DNA from: an uncultured delta proteobacterium
GTDB taxonomy: Bacteria; Desulfobacterota; Binatia; UBA9968
Reading direction: 5' to 3'
NCBI GenBank assembly: GCA_963840855.1
Contig: CAWJBB010000083.1
Location: 1 to 64,000, forward strand
Length of the DNA: 64,000 nt
Positions within the stretch are counted from its first letter, which is position 1. Each line of letters starts with the position of its first letter. Below the pieces are notes generated by a model that had not been told where the DNA came from, did not search any database, and saw only the letters and a list, made by a program, of their open reading frames with translations. Below, piece after piece: positions 49,651 to 58,630 of the stretch. A program made the position numbers and the translations under genes.

Positions 49651-51806
49651 TTTTCGCCCGGCGGTGCCATGAAGCGAAGGGCCATAATCGTAATATCGTC
49701 CGACACCGGCGCGCCCTGGGTAAAACGCTTGACGTCCGCGTAGAGTTTTTCACAGACAACCGTGGCGCTATGACCCCGCCCATTCCCGGAAAAACATTGC
49801 AACAGCCGCGCCGAGCCATACATGTTGTATTGCTGATCCGTGGCCTCGGTAATCCCGTCGGTCATCAATAGCAAAATATCGTTGGACTCAAGCTTGATCT
49901 GTCCAGGCTCGTACGGAAAGTCATCGATGACGCCCAGGGGGGGTCCGCGGGCTTCTTCCAGGAATTGCGGCGGCTGATTGACGCGTAAAAGGACCGGCGC
50001 GTCGTGACCCGCATTGCACAGATCCACTGCGCCGCTGCGGACGTCGATAACGCCGATCACAGCGGTGACAAACATGAACGCGGGATTGTCCCGCGAAATG
50101 TCTTCGTTGACCGAGCGCAGCAATTGCCCCAGAGGGACTTGTTCACGCCGCGCCAGGCTTTTGCAGAGCGTCTTGGTTAAGGCCATGAAGAGCGAAGCGG
50201 GCACGCCTTTTCCGGAAACATCGCCGATTAGAAAGCAAAAGCGATGGTCATCGAGCATAAAGCCGTCGTAGAGATCGCCGCCCACTTCTTGAGCGGGCTC
50301 GAGCATGGCGAAAAATTCCACATTGCCCGGCAGCCCTTCGATTGACTTGGGATCGGGCAACATGCCCATTTGAATTTCTCGGGCAGCGCGCAATTCTCCG
50401 GCGATGCGGAAACGCTCGACCCGCGCCGCTTCCAATGCCGCGTCGAGCTCACGCCGGCGCCGGTCCGACGCCGAGAAGCCGGCCGTTAGCAAGAGTGCGA
50501 CGATGAGACCGTTGCCCGCCGCCGGCAAAGTAGGATCGTAAAGAACATTGAAGTGATGAAAAGACAACCAACTGATCAGCCCCAGTACCACGGCCCCCGC
50601 GAAATAGATCACCACACCGTAAATCGGCGCAAGCCGCGGCAGAAACAAAATCAGCAGCAGCGCCAGTACCACGAAGCCCAGTAACTCCAACCGCCGCGCC
50701 ACGTCCGGCCGCTGTAACCGCGTTCCATCAAGGATATTCTCAATCACCTGAGCCTGGATATCGACGCCATCCATACGCGCCGCCACCGGCGTGGCCGCGA
50801 CATCACTGATCCCCACTGCCGTTACGCCGATGATCGCCACTTGATTGGCCAGCGCGCCATGCGCCAGCTCGCCGCGCAGAATCGCCGCGGCCGACACCCG
50901 CCGCGCCGCATAAGCGGGAGAATAGCGGAGTCGAATCCCGCCATCGGCATCCGTCGGAATAAATGACTCGCCGACCTGTATGCCAAGCATCCCTTCGACG
51001 CTGCTTTGAACGGTGTAGTAGGTTTCGTGCGTGGCCACGCGCAGGAGCTCCAGGGCAAATGTCGGCGCTAGCTCGCCGCGCACTGCGATCACGAGCGGCA
51101 TGGCGCGCACGACGCCATCGCCATCGCGCGTGTCATTAAGATAGCCAAGTCCGGCGGCCGCGGCTTCCAGCTCGGGAATATTGCTCAGATGGCCTTTAAA
51201 GGATGGCAGATACGCTAGCGGCGATTCCCCGGCGATCACCACGGGAGTTTGCTTGCGGCTGGCAACATCTTGCGCCAACTCCTCGGTCAACGCCGCCCGC
51301 GAAATCACCGCGGGCAACCGGCGCAACGTGTCAGCCAAAACAGCGTCATTGGACGGCAGGGAAGCGAGCGCGCCGCGCAACGCTGCGCTGACGTCCGGTC
51401 TATCGCCGGCAACCTTAGCCGGCGATAGGTCATCGGCTTCCGGCATGATTAGGTCGAGCCCCACGGCGAGAGCGCCCAGACGATGGGTTTCCTCCATGAG
51501 CCGGGCCAGTCGGGTGCGCGGCCATGGCCAGCGCCCAAAGAGGGCCGAGCTTCGATCATCGATATCGACGATCACCACCTTATCGTGGGACATTTGCCGC
51601 GGCATGAGCCGCTGGTAAGCATCGAAAAGGAGATTCCGCACCGGGGTCCACGCTTGTTCGCCGATCCCATGGTGACAGAGCGCGAGAATCAGCAACAGGC
51701 CAGCCGCCGCGGCTCGGCCATGCCCCGCGCTCAAGCGCACGATCCATAGTTTCGACGACCAGCCGCGCGCGGCGCTGTTTTCGAGACCGTCTTGGAGCGC
51801 CGCCAC
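49647..51806 (-). CDS. CHASE2-domain PP2C/SpoIIE phosphatase
   Basis: VDIDD.S..GRWPWPR, DGDGVVR; 3 TM; VGGDLYD, GDVSGKG, TDG, DDIT. Confidence 0.9.
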   Translation of the reverse strand: MAALQDGLENSAARGWSSKLWIVRLSAGHGRAAAAGLLLILALCHHGIGEQAWTPVRNLLFDAYQRLMPRQMSHDKVVIVDIDDRSSALFGRWPWPRTRLARLMEETHRLGALAVGLDLIMPEADDLSPAKVAGDRPDVSAALRGALASLPSNDAVLADTLRRLPAVISRAALTEELAQDVASRKQTPVVIAGESPLAYLPSFKGHLSNIPELEAAAAGLGYLNDTRDGDGVVRAMPLVIAVRGELAPTFALELLRVATHETYYTVQSSVEGMLGIQVGESFIPTDADGGIRLRYSPAYAARRVSAAAILRGELAHGALANQVAIIGVTAVGISDVAATPVAARMDGVDIQAQVIENILDGTRLQRPDVARRLELLGFVVLALLLILFLPRLAPIYGVVIYFAGAVVLGLISWLSFHHFNVLYDPTLPAAGNGLIVALLLTAGFSASDRRRRELDAALEAARVERFRIAGELRAAREIQMGMLPDPKSIEGLPGNVEFFAMLEPAQEVGGDLYDGFMLDDHRFCFLIGDVSGKGVPASLFMALTKTLCKSLARREQVPLGQLLRSVNEDISRDNPAFMFVTAVIGVIDVRSGAVDLCNAGHDAPVLLRVNQPPQFLEEARGPPLGVIDDFPYEPGQIKLESNDILLLMTDGITEATDQQYNMYGSARLLQCFSGNGRGHSATVVCEKLYADVKRFTQGAPVSDDITIMALRFMAPPGEN

Positions 51807-51810
51807 GACC

Positions 51811-52773
51811 TTACACTTCGATGGCTAAACCGTCGTAAGCCGTGGAAACCTGGAGCAGGTGATCCTCGCCCACGATTTCGGCGTAGCGCCGCGTTTCTCC
51901 GAGCACGGCGTGAATCGTTTCGTCGCCGTAGGCCGGCTCGTGATGAAACATACAGTAGTGCTTGGCTTTGGCGCGTACGCAAAGATCGACGCCCACCACG
52001 TTGCTCGAATGTCCCCAATCTTGCTTCGCAGTAATCATCTCATTGAGCGAATACATGGCGTCGAAAACCACCAGATCCGCGTTGCGATAGAAATCGATCA
52101 TCGCTTGAGTCTCTGTTTCCGATTGCTGCTTGTGCTCGGCGTCGGTTGAATACACGAACGCTTTACCGTCCTTTTCAAAACGGTATCCGTAGGAATCACC
52201 CGGATGAGGTTGGAGCTTCGCTTTAACGCTCAGGCCGTCGATCTCGTACCAACGCCCGGTTTCCAGGTGGACGAAACTGATATTCGCCCGCAACTGATCC
52301 CAATCGACCGGAAAACAGGGGTTGGACTGCTGGCGGCGAAACGCTTCTTCGAGGACGGCGAGCGAATGGCCGCCATGAATCACAATCGTATTGCCGGGAA
52401 TATAGGCGGGGGTGAAAAAAGGGAAACCCATGATGTGGTCCCAATGCACGTGCGACATGAAGAAGTTGTAAACCTGCGGTTGGCCCGGGCCAGTTTTCTG
52501 CATGACTTGCTGGCCAAAACAACGCAGGCCGGAACCCATGTCGCACAGCGTGTATCGCTCGCCGCCGATGATCTCCACGCAGGAAGAGTTGCCGCCATAG
52601 CTATGACGGATGGAGAAGTCGAGTTCAGCGTCAATAAAACGCTCCACGTCGGTTTCGTTGTCAAACCGCCGGCCATTGGCTTTGAGCAAGGCCTGTTTGA
52701 TTTTTTGACGTATTACCGCGCCGTCCGGCCCAACCGGCAGTGAACCTCGCGTACCCCAAAAATACACACGCAT
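51811..52773 (-). CDS. MBL-fold metallohydrolase (phosphodiesterase-like)
   Basis: WGTRGS, YGGNSSC, SHVHWDHIMG, WGHS, FHHEP. Confidence 0.9.
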   Translation of the reverse strand: MRVYFWGTRGSLPVGPDGAVIRQKIKQALLKANGRRFDNETDVERFIDAELDFSIRHSYGGNSSCVEIIGGERYTLCDMGSGLRCFGQQVMQKTGPGQPQVYNFFMSHVHWDHIMGFPFFTPAYIPGNTIVIHGGHSLAVLEEAFRRQQSNPCFPVDWDQLRANISFVHLETGRWYEIDGLSVKAKLQPHPGDSYGYRFEKDGKAFVYSTDAEHKQQSETETQAMIDFYRNADLVVFDAMYSLNEMITAKQDWGHSSNVVGVDLCVRAKAKHYCMFHHEPAYGDETIHAVLGETRRYAEIVGEDHLLQVSTAYDGLAIEV

Positions 52774-52820
52774 CGTTCCTCCCCAGTCGACGCTAACATC
52801 GCCGCTGGATCGCTTGCCAT

Positions 52821-53267
52821 CTAACGCTCCGCCCGCACAATCAAACGCAATATGTTCCGGTTTCCCTCCCGCTTGTAGCTCGCCTCGTCAACCATGGCGC
52901 GGATCAGCGGCACACCGAGGCCGCCCGGTTCACGCTGGTCGAGGTCTACTGTGAGATCCGGCGCCGGCGCAGCGAGAATATCGAAGGGGCGGCCGCCGTC
53001 GATGAATTCCAGCAGTAACCGTTGCGTATCGACGGGCCGGCAACGAAGCTCCATCTGTCCCGGTTGATCGTCATAGCCATGGCGGCAGATATTGGTGACA
53101 ACCTCTTCCACCACCAGCTCGATTTCACACAATCGCGAGGGCGTAAAGCCGGCTTCCACGGCACGCGCGGTGACAAACTCAGTGCACTGCGACAGCACGT
53201 CGATTCTGGCGGGAACGATCAGGCTCGCGCTCTCGGCGGCTGGCATCGCTTTGTTAGCGGCGTTCAT
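52821..53267 (-). CDS. RsbW-like anti-sigma factor kinase
   Basis: EEVVTNICRHGY, DGGRPFD, GGLG. Confidence 0.9.
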   Translation of the reverse strand: MNAANKAMPAAESASLIVPARIDVLSQCTEFVTARAVEAGFTPSRLCEIELVVEEVVTNICRHGYDDQPGQMELRCRPVDTQRLLLEFIDGGRPFDILAAPAPDLTVDLDQREPGGLGVPLIRAMVDEASYKREGNRNILRLIVRAER

Positions 53268-53622
53268 AGGCAGCGGCGGCGGCGGGAGAAATTGCTTCCA
53301 AAGCCGCCCGCACCGAGGGAAATACTTCAAACACGGTATCAAAACGGCCAATGCGGAAAATCTCCTGTATCGTCGGCTGCAGCGCCGCCAACACCATTTT
53401 GCCGTTTTGCTGGCGGCACCGTTTGGCCGCGATCATGAGCACGCGCAGCCCGGCGCTGCTCATGTAAGCTAAACCGCTGCAATCGAGCAGCAACTTCTTC
53501 TCTTCGCCGGTGCACCCTTCGACTTGTGGCAACAATTCGCTTTCAAACACCGGCGTCGATATATGGTCGATGCGCCCCTCGACTTTGACCAGCGCGACAT
53601 TTGCGAGAGTCTCTATTTCCAT
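53254..53622 (-). CDS. STAS anti-sigma factor antagonist
   Basis: GRID, LDCSGLAYMSSAGLRVL. Confidence 0.9.
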   Translation of the reverse strand: MEIETLANVALVKVEGRIDHISTPVFESELLPQVEGCTGEEKKLLLDCSGLAYMSSAGLRVLMIAAKRCRQQNGKMVLAALQPTIQEIFRIGRFDTVFEVFPSVRAALEAISPAAAAAYERR

Positions 53623-53779
53623 AGCGCCACCTCATTCCGACAGGCGAACTAAGGACGGTTTGTAAACCCGCAACGACCGGCGATCGTTGCCTGCCGGTGC
53701 CGTACCCTATGACAGAGAACCAGGAGTGTCAACTTATTCGGAGTCCGGGGAAAACCAAGAGTCTCGGTTTATTTTTGGA

Positions 53780-53808
53780 TTGACAGGAACCGCTGTAATT
53801 CATAGCAT
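53780..53808 (+). promoter_or_regulatory. Sigma70 promoter candidate
   Basis: TTGACA-17-TAGCAT. Confidence 0.5.
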
Positions 53809-53841
53809 CCACTGCTCAAAGATCCGACAAAGGAGGCAACC

Positions 53842-54921
53842 ATGTCGCTGCTTCGAGTTATTCGAACGGCAGGTATTTCACTTACCTTCGCGATTTCAAC
53901 GTTCACGGCGACAAATGCGTTTGCCGCCAGCCCGCCCATGTCGATTTCCCAACTGGCGCTGTATCAAGGCGCCGACCGAGAAAAGGTTCTTATCGAAGGC
54001 GCCAAGAAAGAGGGCGCTTTTACGCTCTACGGCTCGCATACCTGGTATCGGACCGTCGCTAAGGAGTTCGAGAAGAAATTTCCGTTCATCAAAGTTTCCG
54101 AGTTCCGCACCGATGGCAGGAACCTCATCAAGCGGGCGCTCGAAGAGATCAAGGCGGGCCAATATATCGCGGACGTCATCGCGACCACCGGCGAACAGAT
54201 GGATATCATGAAACGGGAGGGCGTATTTCTAGAACACTATATTCCGGATGCGAGTCAATACCCGGATGAAGTCAAAATGAAAGGGAAAAACGGGTTTTAC
54301 TTTATCGGGCACTACGAGACCTACAACAGCTTGGGGTTCAACACCTCGCTGATTCCTCCCGGCGAGGCGCCAAAAACGATGAATGATCTATTGAACCCGA
54401 AATGGAAAGGAAAAATGTCGATTGTCAGTACCACCACGGGGACTCGGTGGATCGGCAGCACGCTGGAATCCGTGGGACGTGAGTTCCTGGAGAAGATGGC
54501 GGATCAAGATGTGCAGGTTCAAAACATGTCGGGCGCGGCTTTGGCGGGCCTGGTTGTATCCGGCGAGGTGCCGTTATCGCCGACGATTTTCGACGCCAAC
54601 ATCACGCAGGCAAAACAGAAAGGCGCGCCGGTGGAATGGCGGCCGTTAGAGCCCGTCGTGACCACGGTCGCCTATTCCGGTATGACCTTGAAGGCACCCC
54701 ATCCCCATGCTGCCCTTCTATTCCTCGACTATCTTCACTCCAAAGAAGGACAGCAGCTAATCATGAAGGGCGGGCTCTGGTCGCCGCGCAATGATATTGG
54801 TTCGCTGGCACAGAGATTCAAAAAGTCCTACATCGACGAAAAGTACTCGGTCGAGGAGGCGGAGAAAAAATACGCCGAGTGGGATGGCCTCATGCAGCGG
54901 CTATTCATTCGCAGAAAGTAG
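53842..54921 (+). CDS. ABC Fe3+/thiamine-type substrate-binding protein
   Basis: GAKKEG, LLNPKWKGK, APHPHAALLFLDYLHSKEGQ. Confidence 0.85.
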   Translation: MSLLRVIRTAGISLTFAISTFTATNAFAASPPMSISQLALYQGADREKVLIEGAKKEGAFTLYGSHTWYRTVAKEFEKKFPFIKVSEFRTDGRNLIKRALEEIKAGQYIADVIATTGEQMDIMKREGVFLEHYIPDASQYPDEVKMKGKNGFYFIGHYETYNSLGFNTSLIPPGEAPKTMNDLLNPKWKGKMSIVSTTTGTRWIGSTLESVGREFLEKMADQDVQVQNMSGAALAGLVVSGEVPLSPTIFDANITQAKQKGAPVEWRPLEPVVTTVAYSGMTLKAPHPHAALLFLDYLHSKEGQQLIMKGGLWSPRNDIGSLAQRFKKSYIDEKYSVEEAEKKYAEWDGLMQRLFIRRK

Positions 54922-55135
54922 GCTGCTCAGGGTAGTTTCGAGTCTCGGGTCTAGAGTCTCGAGTTAACTCGAAATCACAAACCGCCTCTAGTGGGTTTGA
55001 ACTGCCCCTCCTTCATCCCGCAACGAGACTGCGTGGCAATCCGCGAAAGCGCGCTGATGTCATGCTGATTATTATGAAAGCGATGGATTCCGTAACGGCT
55101 GTGATTAATATAACGGATCGAGGAGGAAAGCAGTT

Positions 55136-56176
55136 ATGGAAAACATCGCACTGGACGTTCATAAGAAGTATACCTGGGCACGAGTAGAGAATACCAAAGG
55201 AGACCGCTTGTACGAATGTCGATTGGTGCATGCTCATGGAACGATCAAGAACTTTGTTAAACGATGGACTGCAGGATCTCCTGTGGCCGTGGAGACGGTG
55301 GGGAACTGGTACTGGGTGGTCGATGAGATCGAAACCGGAGGAGGAAAGCCGCAACTGGTCAACGCGCGGTTGGCGAAGCTGATGATGGGCAACGTCAACA
55401 AGAGCGACAAGCTGGATGCTAAAGGGATGAACCATCTGCAAAGAAACGGGACTTTGCCGACGGTTTGGATCCCTCCTTCTTCGGTTCGCGATGCCCGGGA
55501 GTTGCCGCGCACGCGCATGGTGCTCAGTAGGCAGCGTACCCAACTGAAGAACCGGGTGCACGCCACACTGGGTAAGTACGGTTTGGTGGTCGAAGGAGCA
55601 ACCGATGCCTTTGGCAAGCGCGGGCGTAAGATCATGAGCGCGCTTATGGCCGGGCTTCCGCCCCATACTCAACAAGGGCTTGAACGTGTGCTCGACCAAC
55701 TGGATCACATCGAAGAGAATCTCGAAATCATTGAACGACAAATGCAGGAGGTCTTTGCGCCGTGTGCTGAAACTAACTGGCTTAAAACCCTGCCCGGGGT
55801 AGGTGATATCCTGGCCGTGGTGCTTTGGACCGAGATCGGTACCATTGAGCGCTTCGGCCGTGCCGAACAACTGGCGAGCTACGCCGGGTTGGTGGCGCGG
55901 GAGCACTCCAGCGGCGGCAAGATTCGCTTTGGAGCGGTGCGCCGCGATGTCAACGTGTATCTGAAGTGGGCCTTTGTGGAAGCGGCCAACAGCTCGATCC
56001 TTAATTGCGAGCGTTGTGGCTATGGTCATATCAGCCGACTTTACCAACGGATCAAAGCCCGCCGAGGTCACGGCAAGGCCAAGGTGGCCGTGGCCCGCCA
56101 CCTCGCTGAGGCCAGTTTTTGGATGCTTAAGAAAGGAGAACCCTATCGGGAACCGATGTCGTCCACACAACGCTAA
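55136..56176 (+). CDS. IS110-family DEDD recombinase
   Basis: ALDVHK, AVET, KSDKLDA, SYAGLV.REHSSGG, AVARHL. Confidence 0.95.
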   Translation: MENIALDVHKKYTWARVENTKGDRLYECRLVHAHGTIKNFVKRWTAGSPVAVETVGNWYWVVDEIETGGGKPQLVNARLAKLMMGNVNKSDKLDAKGMNHLQRNGTLPTVWIPPSSVRDARELPRTRMVLSRQRTQLKNRVHATLGKYGLVVEGATDAFGKRGRKIMSALMAGLPPHTQQGLERVLDQLDHIEENLEIIERQMQEVFAPCAETNWLKTLPGVGDILAVVLWTEIGTIERFGRAEQLASYAGLVAREHSSGGKIRFGAVRRDVNVYLKWAFVEAANSSILNCERCGYGHISRLYQRIKARRGHGKAKVAVARHLAEASFWMLKKGEPYREPMSSTQR

Positions 56177-56310
56177 GCGCGCCCTGCTCATGGGTCCACC
56201 GAGACCCGCATGCTGATTGCGACAGCGTTGTGAAATATTTCTCTGCCGCACAAGACGGCGAATAGATGAGTCCGATAACATCGGGTTAGAATTACGGACG
56301 ACGGGAATAG
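56177..56310 (+). ncRNA. Putative seek/bridge RNA of IS110 #2
   Basis: ctgctca, hairpin, catgctga (target); hairpin, atagatga (donor). Confidence 0.75.
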
Positions 56311-56383
56311 GTTTGCGCAGAAACATTTTAGGAGTGCTCGATTCGGGAATTAACAGCCACCTTGACAAAGCTTTCATAGATGA

Positions 56384-56477
56384 GCGGAGCGAAGCATCTC
56401 GCATTTTCAAGGTGTTACGAAGACGAGATTCTTCGGCGGAGTTTATCCTGAGCGTGTCGAAGGGCCTCAGAATGACA
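56384..56477. repeat. Right part of the REP-like target, with a nested CCTGAGC-N3-TCGAAGG unit
   Basis: gcggagcgaagcatctcg...cgagattcttcg[..atcctgagcgtgtcgaaggg]cctcagaatgaca. Confidence 0.75.
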
Positions 56478-56540
56478 ATGCCATACAGCCTCCAAGCGAG
56501 GGAGGAAAGAGGTGGCGCGACGGTAAGACTCAAAAATCAA

Positions 56541-57881
56541 TTAGGTGATCGCCAGAGTTTTAATTAGCCGCAAAAAATATTTCTCATGAAGGCCCAGGGC
56601 CTTTGCAGCCGCCGCGCGATTCCCGTTCGATTGCTCCAGGGCTTGAGAAACCAACTCACGCCGGGCCGTCTCCATCGCTGCGCGATAGGAACGCGTATCC
56701 GGCGTCACACGCGAATCTGTCCCGATGAACCGGCTGGGTAAATCTTTGACAGAAATTTCCGGTCCCCGGCCAAGCACCACCGCCCGCTCGATAGTGTTGG
56801 CGAGCTCGCGCACGTTTCCCGGCCACGCGTATGCTGAAAGTTTTGCCATCCCCTCGGAGGTTATCTCCAGGAATTTCTTTTTTGACTCCCGCGCGTAGCG
56901 GCGCATGAAGTGTTGAGCGAGAGCGGGAATGTCCTCGGTTCTTTCCCGCAACGGCGGCAGCGTGATCGGAATGACGTTCAGACGATGATAGAGGTCTTCG
57001 CGGAATCGCCCTTCCGCTACGGCGTTTTCCAATTCTCGATTCGTTGCCGCAACGATCCGCACATTGACTCGGATTGGAGCCCTTCCGCCCACCCGATCGA
57101 ATTCGCGCTCCTGGAGAAACCTCAGAAGCTTCGTCTGCAGTTCCGGCGAAACATCGCCGATCTCATCGAGGAAAACCGTACCGCCGTTGGCCAACTCCAT
57201 CTTTCCCTTCTTGAGCTGATTGGCTCCCGTGAAAGCGCCTTTTTCATGCCCGAAAAGCTCGCTTTCCAATAATTCTTTCGATAGACCCACACAATTAATG
57301 GCCACGAAGGGCCGCTCTTTTCTTTCGCTCCAGTTATGAATGGCGCGAGCGAATATCTCTTTTCCAGTGCCGCTCTCTCCCAAGAGCAATACCGTGGCAT
57401 TGCTGGCGGCGGCCTTTCGCGCAGTTTCAGTGGCTTCGGCAATTTTGTTGCTTTGTCCGATAATGAGCCGATGGCGGTTGTCGGTCTCTTCTGTGAGCAA
57501 TTCCAAGCTGCGCTTCAATCCCTCTCTTTCCAGGGCTTTGCGCACAACGATATCGAAGTGATTCCCATCCACGGGCTTGGTAATGAAGTCATAGGCTCCC
57601 TCCTTCATCGCCTCAACCGCAGTTTCTATGGAACCATGTGCGGTAATTACTATAACCGGAACATCGATTCCCTCGTTGCGCAACGCGCGGAGCACTTCGA
57701 TCCCGCCCATTTTGGGCATTTGCAGATCGAGCAACACCAAATCCGGCACTTCCTTCCGGATTGCCGCGACCGCCTGCTCGCCGTTGCCGGCGGTAGCCAC
57801 GTCGCATTCCAGCGGACGCAGTCTCACCTCCAAGAGACGCCGCGAAGCGGGGTCGTCATCGGCAATCAGAACTCTGTTCAT
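56541..57881 (-). CDS. Sigma54-dependent NtrC-family response regulator
   Basis: REC domain; GESGTGKE; GAFTGA; WPGNVREL; Fis HTH. Confidence 0.95.
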   Translation of the reverse strand: MNRVLIADDDPASRRLLEVRLRPLECDVATAGNGEQAVAAIRKEVPDLVLLDLQMPKMGGIEVLRALRNEGIDVPVIVITAHGSIETAVEAMKEGAYDFITKPVDGNHFDIVVRKALEREGLKRSLELLTEETDNRHRLIIGQSNKIAEATETARKAAASNATVLLLGESGTGKEIFARAIHNWSERKERPFVAINCVGLSKELLESELFGHEKGAFTGANQLKKGKMELANGGTVFLDEIGDVSPELQTKLLRFLQEREFDRVGGRAPIRVNVRIVAATNRELENAVAEGRFREDLYHRLNVIPITLPPLRERTEDIPALAQHFMRRYARESKKKFLEITSEGMAKLSAYAWPGNVRELANTIERAVVLGRGPEISVKDLPSRFIGTDSRVTPDTRSYRAAMETARRELVSQALEQSNGNRAAAAKALGLHEKYFLRLIKTLAIT

Positions 57882-58204
57882 CTGTGAAAACCTGGATACC
57901 TGGCGCTGGGTGCTATTATCGCACCACGATCCTCCAGCACGGCCTCTGCAATCCGTACATTTCGGACCTTGAGCGCGCGCTTGCGCGGTCTAGGCTTACG
58001 CTTGGCCGGCCGGAGCAAACCCTTTTCGACCAATGAGTTCAGCGCTTCTTCGGCGTCCTTGCCCCGCGCTCCAATCGGGATCACCTTGGCGACGGGCCGA
58101 TTGCGCACCGTAACAGTCAGACTGTCGCCCGCCTCAACCGCGCGCAAGTAATGGGCGAGTTGAGTCTGCAATTGTCGTAAACTGACGTATTTCACTGTGG
58201 CCAT
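57878..58204 (-). CDS. Orphan Phd/YefM-type antitoxin
   Basis: LRQLQTQLAHYLRAVEAGDSLTVTVRNRPVAKVIP. Confidence 0.75.
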   Translation of the reverse strand: MATVKYVSLRQLQTQLAHYLRAVEAGDSLTVTVRNRPVAKVIPIGARGKDAEEALNSLVEKGLLRPAKRKPRPRKRALKVRNVRIAEAVLEDRGAIIAPSARYPGFHR

Positions 58205-58224
58205 TCACGCGACGCCGCGATCTT

Positions 58225-58620
58225 CTATCCTGCATCCTCGATCTTCGACTTGGCTCCCAACCGCGCCGCTACTTCTTCGATGAATATATTCTTGTCGATG
58301 GGCTTGGTGACATAACCGGCACAGCCCGCAGCCAGCGCTTTCTCCCGATCGCCCTTCATGGCATAAGAGGTTACGGCGATTACCGGAATATCAGCGGTAT
58401 TTGGTTGCTCCTTGAGCTTCCTCGTGGCTTCAAGCCCATCTATTCCGGGAAGTTGAATGTCCATCACGATGAGATCCGGGTGTTCCGTCCGCAGGATCTC
58501 GAAGGCCTCTATTGCTGAAGTCGCCTCGCGCACCTGATAGCCTTGCGAGCGAAGCAGAAAACCCGCCAGACGACGGTTGACCTCATTGTCCTCAACCAGC
58601 AAAATTTTCTTTTCATTCAT
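58225..58620 (-). CDS. Single-domain response regulator (DivK-like)
   Basis: VEDNEVN, MDIQLP, AMKGDREKAL.AGC.GY.TKPI. Confidence 0.9.
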   Translation of the reverse strand: MNEKKILLVEDNEVNRRLAGFLLRSQGYQVREATSAIEAFEILRTEHPDLIVMDIQLPGIDGLEATRKLKEQPNTADIPVIAVTSYAMKGDREKALAAGCAGYVTKPIDKNIFIEEVAARLGAKSKIEDAG

Positions 58621-58630
58621 AAAGATTTTT

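Larger units (their letters stand above)
55069..56383 (+). mobile_element. IS110 family, IS1111-type element inserted in a GTCATGCTGAGC..CTCAGAATGAC REP-like repeat
   Basis: (T)GA core on both sides; perfect subterminal IR tatgaaagc/gctttcata; junction promoter TTGACA-17-TATTAT. Confidence 0.9.

Noticed and set aside
55013-56533. Long antisense ORFs (506 aa here, 455 aa at 33365-34732)
   Set aside because: Shadows of the IS110 recombinase genes
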